DNA from: Anthoceros angustus | Lineage: Eukaryota; Plantae; Anthocerotophyta | Length of the DNA: 64,000 bases | Assembly: GCA_010909165.1 (NCBI GenBank) | Contig: VJWM01000197.1 | Coordinates: 186,001 to 250,000, forward strand | Direction of reading: 5' to 3' | In this document: piece by piece, positions 37,605-47,224 of the stretch | Numbering within the stretch: the stretch's first letter is position 1 | How the letters are laid out: each line of letters opens with the position of its first letter | The notes under the pieces: generated by a model | The model's input: only the letters and a program-made list of their open reading frames with translations | Told to the model about the DNA's origin: nothing | Database searches by the model: none | Position numbers and translations under genes: made by a program

Positions 37605-39483
37605 ATGGCGGCAGCGGCTCTAGGAGCTGCGCAAAACCTCATTCTTCAGCTTTGTCGAGCTCATCCAACTGTAAGTTCCCTACGGCAGTCGGATGATGCC
37701 CTCGACATGCTGTTCGACCACCTTACTGGGCGTGTTGAGAATCATGCAGGGGCTTCCGGAGAAACTCTTGCACGAGGAGTGTCAGGATGTCGACGTGAAC
37801 CTACGGGGTGAGGCCCTGAATGCGTTACTGCAACAGGTACGTGCTGAATTGCGTTTATCATGTGTGTCGAATTTTGCCTGTTTCACAGACCTGTTGAAGT
37901 TGGTTTCTGCTTGTGCAGGGTCGTCTGCAAGTTTACAGGCATAATGAGCAACTGTATTGGAAGGAGCAGACCAAGGAACAGGCTGATAAGTGAGGATTTT
38001 GAAAGTTGATTATTTGCAATGTCCTGGTGTTTCAGTTTGCTTTGAAGGTATGCTCAGGTCTGTTTGTGTTTGGGTGTGCTTTTCAGGTTGAAGGGCCTGA
38101 CTCCGGAGGATAGACTTGTGTTGCAAGTAATTGAGCAGGCTGGAAATATGGGTTAGTATATGAGATGTGCTGGATGGGAATGTGAAGCTGGATGTGTGGA
38201 TTGAGGGGTGCCCTGATGGTATGGGTCTTGCCATGGCAGGTATTTGGACCAAGGATATGAAGTTTAAGACTGGAATCAAGTCACAGCCAAACATCAACAA
38301 GGCAATAAAGAACTTGGAGAGTCGTAACTTGATAAAGGCGGTGAAGTCCGTGGCGGTATGGCCTCCGTTTGTTTTGTGGCTTTTGAAGGATGCAGGGTTC
38401 CTCTGCAGAAAATTGGGAAAGCAATTCTGAAGTTTCCTAAAGATGCTGTTTGTCACCTCGATTCAGGTTGATCGGATTATTGGGTTGTCACTCCGTCATC
38501 ACGGATTGAACTGATGACTGATCGAAGTTTCCCACTGGCCAGGTAAAGAATCGAAAGGTGTACATGTTATTCGACTTGGAGCCTGCCCGTGAGATAACTG
38601 GTGGTGCCTGGTATTCAGACCAGGAGTTTGATACAGAATTTGTCACTATTTTGAAGCAGCAATGTCTCCAAGTACTTCACAAGCAGGTTACAGCCACTCT
38701 CAATTACTCTGGAGTAGAGTGGGTTCTTTCAGTCTTTTGGGTGGTTCAATCTTAGTGAGGAAAGCGGCATATGCATGAGATCCTGAGCATCCAGTTGTTC
38801 TTGTTGCGTAGGATCTTGCCACATTGGAAAAAGTGGCGGAGTCTGTGCGCAACTCAGGGGTTACAAGAGAGGAACTAGGACTGCAGGAATACAAGCAGGT
38901 GAGGCAGTCCCTCAGATGTTCACATGACAATACTGATATTGTACTGTCTGCTGATCTTTGTGGTTGGTTCTACATATTCCAGATTATGGACATGCTCGTG
39001 CTGGATGGGGATGTTGAGCAAGTTGTGAGCACAGGGGTAGGAGTGTTCGCTGCGTTCCCTGCGGTTAGTTCCCTTTTTTTGGAGGGTATTTGGTGGTCAT
39101 GAGACAAGTTCCGGGTATCAATTGTTGATGTTTGCTGTACCAGGAGACAATTTGTTACAGAGCTTCAAAGGTTAAGATACCAGAAACGTCCCCATTCACA
39201 AACATTCCCTGCGGAGTGTGCAAAGTAAGCACTGTAGTGTAGCGACTGCATGGAGGGAATGACTGCCTCCATATGAAAAGAAGTCTTCCTTGTGTTTGAC
39301 AATGTGTTTAAGTGGGCATTGAAACACGATTTTGCAGGATGATGTTTTGGGCTATGCATTGTCAGCGTGTACTCATTTGTCCAGCCGAATGGCTGCGTGT
39401 GGCAGGTTCTACATCTTTGCTCTGATGGTGGAGTCATCTCTCCGCAAACATGTGTCTACTATCAGGAATGGCTTGATTTTTGA
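37605..39483 (+). CDS. RPC6: RNA polymerase III subunit RPC6/C34
   Basis: IEQAGNMGIWTKDMK, NRKVYMLFDLEPAREITGGAWYSDQEFDTEF and C-terminal Fe-S motif IPCGVC...ISPQTCVYYQEWLDF*. Confidence 0.95.
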
Positions 39484-39746
39484 TTGTATACAAGTAACGC
39501 AACATTGCGAAGTCGGTCTTGCTTCCAAAAGGGGACTCCAGACCGGGGGAGCTATAGCCGCTACCCAAGCACCTTCTTTTGCAAGAAGGTGGAGTGGACA
39601 AGCTGGTGAAACTGCTGGCTGTCTATAATCTTGGCTTTAGTGTTCTCCATGTCCTACACGATGTCTGTCACTGTTTTCCAAGCAAGACAGGTGTACATAT
39701 TGCAATTGCGCGTGCGAGCCGGAGCAAGAATGAGCCACTGTGCATC

Positions 39747-42383
39747 TTAATCTCTTCCACCACTTGCAAGCTGGTTGCTATGGCCAAGACGGTACAGAGA
39801 CGGAGGCCATGAGTGCGCCTGATGCTTTTCAGGTATTATCAAGCAAGAATCAGATATGGGGTGCTGGTAAGAAGTCTGAGCAAGGAGCATTCCTGTCTCC
39901 TTAAGCTGTGTAGTCAATTTTCCAAGTAACAAGTACAGCTCTGCATGTTGTTCACGCCTCTTTTCACCAGCTTGGAACATGCTCAACTTGCGCTCATGTT
40001 CAATCCAGCTTTGGCCAAGCTGCTTCCATTCCACGGCACTTTGTCGTGAGTCGTCCACCTCCAGTACACAGTCTTGCATGCCAGCATCAGCATAGATGCT
40101 GGACATGAGAATGTAGGCCGCTGCGTGCTTCGGGTCTAGACCCACAGCAGCATCGAAGGCTTGCTTACCAACTACAACGTCACCATGCTTTCGGCAGGCT
40201 CCTAACAAACACAACCACAATGGCAGATCAGGCTGCATTGGCATCTTTTGTATGAGGTCTTCAGCCTTGGTAAGAAACCCTGCTCGGCCAACTAGATCAA
40301 TTGCACAAGCATAATGCTCCAGCCCTGGTGCGATCTCATGATCTCTGCTCATGCTTTCGAAGTACTCCAATCCCTTCTCCACCCTGCCCCCATGAGTGCA
40401 CGCAGTTAGCAAAGCCAAGAATGTGACTGCGTTTGGTTTCATGCCAGCAGAGCACATATCTTCGTAACACTGCACACTCTTCGCACAATCCCCCAGCCTC
40501 GCATGTCCAGCCAGTAGGGCATTCCATGACACCACGTCCGGCCGCTGTAGTGAGTCAAACACCCGCTGGGCGTCCACTATGCTTCCACATTTGCTATAGG
40601 CATGAATCAGACTGGTTGCTAGAGAGAGTCTGCCCTCCAAACCACTCGCCACAAGAGTCTCGTGTGTTTGCAGACAGATGTTTAAGGCTCCTGTGATACT
40701 ACATGCTTCCAGCACAGAGAGGAATGTAGCCTCATTCGGGATCACACCCACTGCTTGCATCTGGCTGTATAACTGCAACGCTTTCTCTCCTTGCCCGTGC
40801 TGAGTGTACGCTGCAATCATGACAGTCCACGATACAACATTGCTGTGGGGTAGCCTGTCAAACACCTGTTCTCCATCCTTGATGCTCCCACACTTTGCAT
40901 ACATGTTAACCAACGCGCTACCAACAAATGCATCTGAATCGAAACCCCTCTCCGTAACGGCAGCATGTAATTCTCGTCCCTTCAGCAGGGACTTGAGCTT
41001 CACCTTCCGCCCATCTATCAATGCACTTTCCTCCTTTTCTGCAAGGCTGCAGCAAGCCTGAAGAGCAGCGACAAAGGTCCGTGAGTTCGGGCTGACACCT
41101 TCGTTTTGCATCTGCTGGTACATCTGCAAGGCATTTGCTCCTTGTTCCTGCTGGGCATACGCTGTGATCATGCTAGTCCATGACACCACATTGCGTTGAG
41201 ACAACAGGCCAAACACACGCTCTGCATCCTTGATGCTGCCGCACCTGCCATACATACTGACCAAAGTACTACCCACAAAGATGTTGGATGCAAAACCCCT
41301 CTCTTCAGCTCCAGCATGTATCTCCCTCCCCTTCCTCAGCGACTCCACCTTCAGTCTCTCGCCAGCCACCTCCGAGCTCTTCTCCCTCGCTGCAATGCTG
41401 CCGCATGCTTGAAGCACGCTCACAAACGTCCGTGCATCAGGCTCCATTCCTTCCACCTGCATCTGGTGGTACATGTCCAAGGCCTTTTCTCCTTCCTCCT
41501 GCCGAGCATACGCTGCAAGCATCGCGTTCCATGCCACAATATCCCGCCTGGACAACCCACCGAAGACCTGCTCCGCTTCCAAGACGCTCCCACACTTGGC
41601 ATACATGCTCACCAACGTGTTGCCCACAAACTCATCCGACTCAAACCCACACCTCGCAGCATGGACATGAATCCGTTTGCCCCTGTCCAAATCTTCCAAC
41701 CTGCCGCATGCTTTCAGCACGGCAACAAACGTGTAATTGTCAGGCTGCACTCCTTCCTGCTGCATCTGCTCATAGAACGACACAGCCTCTTCGCATCGTC
41801 CGGCATCGCTATATCCTGAAATAATAGCCGTCCAAGAAAAAACAGTTCGGTGAGGCAAGGTGTGGAACAACTCGACCCCGTCTGCTAAGCTCCCACAGCT
41901 CACAAACGTGGTGACCATGAGGTCCCCCAGAAATGCGTGGGACTCCAACCACCCACATTCTGCCAAAAGAGCATGTACCTTCTTGGCCTGGGGCAGAGCC
42001 TTCCTCCTCTTGCATGCCTGCAACAGGCTCTTGTACATGTGCACCACCTGCTGCTGCTGGTGCTGGTTCTGGTGCTGGTTCTGGTGCTGATGCTGTTCCA
42101 TCCTGAGCAGCACAGCCAGTGCCTCGTCTACCCGCCCCTCCCTGCACAAGGTCTGGAACCCAGGAACATCCTTCTCTCCATAGGTGAACCTGCAGGTCAT
42201 GCCAAGCAAAGAAGAGGAAGAGGAAGAGGAAGAGGAAGAAGGGGAAGAAAACGTGAATCTCATCGCGCTGCTGCAATGAGACTGGCTAGCTTGGGATCCG
42301 GCCAATGCCCCCGCCTTGCTCAACAACATGCTGGGCAAAAGCTCTTGGGCTGCAGGAGTGAATGAATTGGATGGTGGGTGCAA
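39747..42383 (-). CDS. PLS-class PPR protein with E/E+ extension and no DYW domain, intronless, 878 aa ORF
   Basis: Repeated P-L-S motifs (VVSWT.MI.AY.Q.G; FVSVLQAC; GF.SD.FVG.TLVSMYAKCGS); E region (LCLLGACRKHGD, AAYILMSSIY); PG-box-like KQLGQSWIEH. The true start may be a downstream ATG. Confidence 0.95.
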   Translation of the reverse strand: MHPPSNSFTPAAQELLPSMLLSKAGALAGSQASQSHCSSAMRFTFSSPSSSSSSSSSSLLGMTCRFTYGEKDVPGFQTLCREGRVDEALAVLLRMEQHQHQNQHQNQHQQQQVVHMYKSLLQACKRRKALPQAKKVHALLAECGWLESHAFLGDLMVTTFVSCGSLADGVELFHTLPHRTVFSWTAIISGYSDAGRCEEAVSFYEQMQQEGVQPDNYTFVAVLKACGRLEDLDRGKRIHVHAARCGFESDEFVGNTLVSMYAKCGSVLEAEQVFGGLSRRDIVAWNAMLAAYARQEEGEKALDMYHQMQVEGMEPDARTFVSVLQACGSIAAREKSSEVAGERLKVESLRKGREIHAGAEERGFASNIFVGSTLVSMYGRCGSIKDAERVFGLLSQRNVVSWTSMITAYAQQEQGANALQMYQQMQNEGVSPNSRTFVAALQACCSLAEKEESALIDGRKVKLKSLLKGRELHAAVTERGFDSDAFVGSALVNMYAKCGSIKDGEQVFDRLPHSNVVSWTVMIAAYTQHGQGEKALQLYSQMQAVGVIPNEATFLSVLEACSITGALNICLQTHETLVASGLEGRLSLATSLIHAYSKCGSIVDAQRVFDSLQRPDVVSWNALLAGHARLGDCAKSVQCYEDMCSAGMKPNAVTFLALLTACTHGGRVEKGLEYFESMSRDHEIAPGLEHYACAIDLVGRAGFLTKAEDLIQKMPMQPDLPLWLCLLGACRKHGDVVVGKQAFDAAVGLDPKHAAAYILMSSIYADAGMQDCVLEVDDSRQSAVEWKQLGQSWIEHERKLSMFQAGEKRREQHAELYLLLGKLTTQLKETGMLLAQTSYQHPISDSCLIIPEKHQAHSWPPSLYRLGHSNQLASGGRD

Positions 42384-42751
42384 AGACCGTAACTAGACCC
42401 GAAAGTGCAAGAAGCACAATCCCGTCATGGGGCTGTTAAAGGCAGAGGCATGAAATCGAGGACCGTAACCTGTTTTTGCTAAAGTGCTGAAATTAGGGGG
42501 CATGCCTGAACGTGTTAGGGGCCATCCGAGGAAGTTGAACGCGTAACTAACATAGGTCTGTCAGCTGCGGGACAGTGTGAAGGCAGGAGATGCAAACAAG
42601 TGGGTGAAAACCCAGTCGTGGAATGGGAGCAGGTGGCATCTGATTGGGCTGGGTTGTGGCATGCAATCACCAGGGTGCGGGAAGTGCTTGTGGGCGATAG
42701 GATGATGCAGGAGGAAGTGAGGCAATCGTAGCTCAGAGCATATCCGAGTGT

Positions 42752-44728
42752 ATGTCAGGAAGAAAATGTGATCTGGTGTGTGGAGGTGGGAATCAGGATC
42801 AGCAGGGGAGCACGGACATTGATGAATTGGGCATCGGAAAGATTGCAGGAGATTGCCAGATGTTCGACAAAGAGCAGCGCGGGGGCGGCTCTGTCTTATG
42901 GTGGTCCTCGTGCCATCATCTCCACGTGCGCGAAAGCGAGCAGAAGAGCATCCCGCCCTTCTGCCCGCAATTACCGTGCCCCGGGACCCAATTACCGTGC
43001 AGGAACATCTTGGAGCCTCCGGCGCAGCAGCAGCAGTCGCAGTCGGAGGAGCGATTGGACGTGTGCGATAGTAGGGAGGTGTCAGCAGCATGGGATGAAG
43101 CTCCTCCGGGCATGGGGGAGAACACTGGAGAAACTGTGGTGGACTGTAAGGCCAGCAACACAGCTTGGAGCAGCACTGCGGACAGCATCGCTGGCTCCGT
43201 GTCTGCACAAGATGCGTTCCACGAAGGATATGCCGTGGAGGGGCTGAGAGGATTAAGCGTGGATACAGAAGGACGGGCTCGCTACACGCTGCGGAGTAAC
43301 CCTAAGCGAAGCTGGCGGCTGAGAGATCAGGAATTCTGCGTTGAAGGAGGATCTACTGGCTCGGTTGTGGTGGCTGAGAGTTTTAACGTGTCTTTTCTGT
43401 CTCTGCCTGCTATCGCACCTGCGGCTATTGTGAGGAAGGCGACTGCAAGCTGCAAGATAGCAGAGGAGAAGCCTGAGAAACATACCTGTACCGAGTGTGG
43501 CAGAGAGTTTCCATCTTGCAAGGCACTCTTTGGGCACATGAGATGCCACCCTGAGCGGGAGTGGAGGGGAATACAGAGGCCTGAGGGCCTGTCGTTGCAA
43601 CAGCGTGCGGGTGGGGATGTGAGAATCAATGCTGACCTGCAAACTGCCTTGCACAGGAAGAAGGCTCGTGGCAAGATCGAGTCCAGCCCTGTTGGCATTG
43701 GGGAGCCATCGGAGGACCATGATATGATTGAGAGTCTGCTGATGCTGGCTCGAGCTGGAAGTGGGAGGCATGTGGAGCAGGGCAGCAGCAAAGGTACCGT
43801 GGTGGGGAAGATGATGGAGAAGCAGCATGAAGCCTATGCGCTGAACAGCAAGGGCAGGCTGGAGGGCAGCAGCAAGATGAAGGGGAAGCTGGTGAGCGAA
43901 TGTGGAGCCGCACGGAAGGCACCGAACGTGAGAGATGGGAATGTGGACGGCGGGGAGTCCACCAGGACTTCCAGCACACGGTGGGAGGCACAACCGGAGG
44001 ATGGTGGGCACAGTGAATCTGACTGGAGTGAGGCGGATGTGCACTTCACCTCAACCCTGGGGGAAGGGAATGTGGACTTGAAGCTGGACGGGGTGATCCA
44101 GAGTGGGAACACTTTAGGCAAGGAGCAAATGATGGAGGTGGCATCTGGTGCCTGTGTCCCCTCTCACCACAAGTACGAGTGTATGACGTGCAACATAATT
44201 TTCAAGTCCTACCAGTCTCTAGGAGGGCACAGAGCCAGTCACAAGAAGGTAAAGGGGTGCTTCGCCAGGAACCATTCCAAGGGGGGTGGATGTATGAGTC
44301 TAAACTATGCGCAAGATGGTTTAGTGAACCAAGATGGGATTAAGAGCAGCGACGCAATCCAAAAGGTATCCGATTGTCAAGTCGGTTCAAGGTGTGAGCT
44401 CAAGACGAAACGATGCTGCGTAGGCGTGGCTGATGCAGCAGACGATTTTGAGAGGGAGAATTTCGACAAGCAGCAGCCCACATTTGCAAAGAAGGTAGAT
44501 GGCTGCCATGAGTGCTCTGTCTGCCACCGTGTCTTTGCATCAGGGCCTGCTCTTGGTGGCCACAAGAGGTGTCACTGGGGAGGTGCTGGAGTTTTGGAGG
44601 CTTCTGGCAAGGCCAGTAATAGCGAGCAACAAGCATCTGTGACTCCACAAGGTATTGTGGAAGCCAAGCCTGCGGTGGTAAATTTGCCTACATTTCCATG
44701 TTCCAGTTACATTTATCTCCTCCCATGA
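42752..44728 (+). CDS. Three-finger plant C2H2 zinc-finger transcription factor (ZAT1/4/9-like)
   Basis: CTECGREFPSCKALFGHMRCH, CMTCNIIFKSYQSLGGHRASH, CSVCHRVFASGPALGGHKRCH and an L-box-like ESLLMLAR. Confidence 0.9.
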   Translation: MSGRKCDLVCGGGNQDQQGSTDIDELGIGKIAGDCQMFDKEQRGGGSVLWWSSCHHLHVRESEQKSIPPFCPQLPCPGTQLPCRNILEPPAQQQQSQSEERLDVCDSREVSAAWDEAPPGMGENTGETVVDCKASNTAWSSTADSIAGSVSAQDAFHEGYAVEGLRGLSVDTEGRARYTLRSNPKRSWRLRDQEFCVEGGSTGSVVVAESFNVSFLSLPAIAPAAIVRKATASCKIAEEKPEKHTCTECGREFPSCKALFGHMRCHPEREWRGIQRPEGLSLQQRAGGDVRINADLQTALHRKKARGKIESSPVGIGEPSEDHDMIESLLMLARAGSGRHVEQGSSKGTVVGKMMEKQHEAYALNSKGRLEGSSKMKGKLVSECGAARKAPNVRDGNVDGGESTRTSSTRWEAQPEDGGHSESDWSEADVHFTSTLGEGNVDLKLDGVIQSGNTLGKEQMMEVASGACVPSHHKYECMTCNIIFKSYQSLGGHRASHKKVKGCFARNHSKGGGCMSLNYAQDGLVNQDGIKSSDAIQKVSDCQVGSRCELKTKRCCVGVADAADDFERENFDKQQPTFAKKVDGCHECSVCHRVFASGPALGGHKRCHWGGAGVLEASGKASNSEQQASVTPQGIVEAKPAVVNLPTFPCSSYIYLLP

Positions 44729-45799
44729 GTCTGCCTACATCTAGTAAGAAATTGTGTTTGTTGGTGATTCGAACATTGCAGATAAGGAGGAACAAGGATT
44801 CAGGAACCATTCTGGTTGAGACACACGCAAAGGCAGATATCTAATTTAATCGATGTGGCTTCCTCTCTTTTGAGAGTGAGGCGATGGGCTGCAGGGGTGG
44901 TGAGCTTGGCAGGCTGCTGCTGCTGCACTCTTCAATCAAGAGCCGCCATGCTGTGGGAGGGATCTTCTGGCGGTCTGATGCAGGGGGAAACAAAAACGTA
45001 CTGAAGCTGATCTCTGAACAGAAACGTCTACATTTGTTCTGCAGCTGACGGGCTGAGCTTTCTTAGCGCATCTAGCTAAGCAGGCTGTTAATTTTCCATG
45101 CATGCTAGTCCTTGTTCCACGCTTGTCGTGCTGTTTACCGAGTCATGGACACAACCGCTAACCAGGGACGTGAATTAACAAGAGAACAATATGACAGCTC
45201 GAACAGTGTGAGGAAGACAACACGTGGAGCCTCGGGTGTAACATATTGGGCCCCGGTGCATGGGTCCCCATGATCGCAGGATATGGACTCTTGCTGTTGG
45301 AGCAGCCCTTTGCTCTGTTTGCTGAAAGCAACAGATTGCATCATCACTTCAGGATGCAGCGGACTATGTATTACTGCTCCTTTCCCAAGTGGCGCCCCCT
45401 ATGCACAGATTGAAGGCACAGCAGATGTTGGGTGGCAACAACCGGGATTGGTCTGCAACATGTTGGAGCTTCAGAGGAAGCCAGCCAGACTTTTTGTTGT
45501 GTCGGGGTGTGTAGCACTGTTCCTCCTTCTCTTTTGCCGTTGCCTTGACGATCGAAGGTCAAGTTACAGTGACTGTGGGTGGCAACCTGCCCGGGTATCA
45601 CAGTTTGCACTATCTAAACAGGACGATCGTGACAATGGCAGTTCAAGAAGCCAACTGTGCCAGACTGTGGAGGCAATTCTTGCTGTGATCACGGCAAGCA
45701 AGATTGTAATCAACCACCCCTAACGGTTCCTTCATTTTGTGATCAGGTTATAGGATTGCAACGGGAAGAGAATCCTCACTCTTATCTTCGTTTGCCCAA

Positions 45800-47030
45800 G
45801 ATTCCACTCCCTAGTCTAGCCTGCTGCACCCTGCCGGCGAAGAAAACTGGGCCTCAAAGCCCCCGGCCGCCCCAGGGGGGTCATGCAGCGAAAGCAGCCT
45901 GTTGGACATGCATGGACGATTCGACATCTGATCTGCAACTCCAGGCCCACCATTCTCTCACCTACAGTGCAGCCAGCTGCAGCAATACAAAGTGAATCTG
46001 TCTGGTCTGCACGACGCCATAGCCACTTCTTCCTCTCACACTCCAGCACGCACTTCAACAAGTTTGACAGCGGTCAGCGATGTACACAGCAGGGTTTCCG
46101 ACTCCACACGGCTGATGAGCACTGGCAGTGCGGAGCAGAGCAAATACTATGGGTGTCACAGTCTCCAGATCCAAGACCCAAGAATAATCCACTTGGGCTG
46201 GGGATGGGAGGAAGCAAAATATCTGGGCCAGTGGCCACGGGTGATGAAATTGTGAAAAGGACAAACGCAGCACAGTGTGGCGGCACCCACTTAAACATGA
46301 GGTCTGGCCCATGTCGCTGGCCCAGCAAAAGGAACAACTTCTTCACCAGCTCGCTCGGCCTGGGCACCGGCCACGCCTGGTTATCTTTGCATTGTATGTA
46401 CGGTTCGCAGGGAAGAAGATGGTGCTTTGCCTATACATTTACTGCCCGGCCCTATCGTCGGGTGACTGTGCCGGCGTACATACAGTTGTGTTTAAGCCTG
46501 GCTAGATACCAGCTCAGCCCACGAGAACTGTTGCTGTATCTGGCAGTGGTACATAATCAGTGGAATCTGGAGGTGTGAGGACGCGCTGAATCTTCTGTAC
46601 AGGCTGAATCCGCAGTTCGAACTGCATACGGTGCCATCCAGCCAGTGTTGTGTGTCCTGCCTCGGCCACCTTAGCTTGCAAGTTCGAACTGCATACGGTT
46701 CCCAGCCCACACCCCCAGCCCGCAGCCCGACTGTCCGCCTGCCTGCGTCCCGGGCTTGCGTCTTTTGCAGCAGCACGACGCAGCTTGCAAGGCATCACCA
46801 TCGTCGCCAGCAGGAAGAGGACAAGGCTTCCCAGCCTGGACCCCGGGGGCGGGGCGACCCAGCAAAGGCCAAAGCCGAGGCCGACGCCAGCAGCCTTTCT
46901 GCTCTTGGATCTGCACCGTCGGGTGGGTGGAAATTGCGCTCCGAACGGCCCAGCACGCTCCTGGCGAGCCCAATTTGGGGCGTCTGTATTGTCGGGTGGG
47001 CGATACGAAATTGGGTTCTGGTAGTGAGCC
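45800..47030 (-). other. Possible unidentified spliced gene divergent from the giant gene
   Basis: GC-rich 5' region with overlapping ORFs and plausible donors/acceptors on -; no family recognised. Confidence 0.25.
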
Positions 47031-47224
47031 ATCTCGGCGAGGCAGCTGTGGGTGGCAGCGCAATTTTTTTGCTGACCCACAAACAGAGAATTTCGCTACT
47101 GCTCGGGAGCGGGAGCGGACCAGGTGCCTAGGGCCTGCCCGGATGGTGGAAGCTGTCTGGGTGCGACGCCGTTCCTGGTGTGCTAGCAGCTCGGAGATTG
47201 GGCTGTGGTGCCGGGGAGTTGGCC

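Noticed and set aside
39500-39900. Frameshifted DYW domain after the PPR ORF
   Set aside because: No HSE/HAE-KLA or CxxC motifs in the frames examined; the weak MHSG similarity is not convincing.
45883-46578. 231-aa plus-strand ORF
   Set aside because: No domain or recognisable similarity, and composition is not protein-like.
46611-46626. GTTCGAA as a tRNA T-loop
   Set aside because: The loop is 6 nt rather than 7, and there is no cloverleaf or D-arm upstream.
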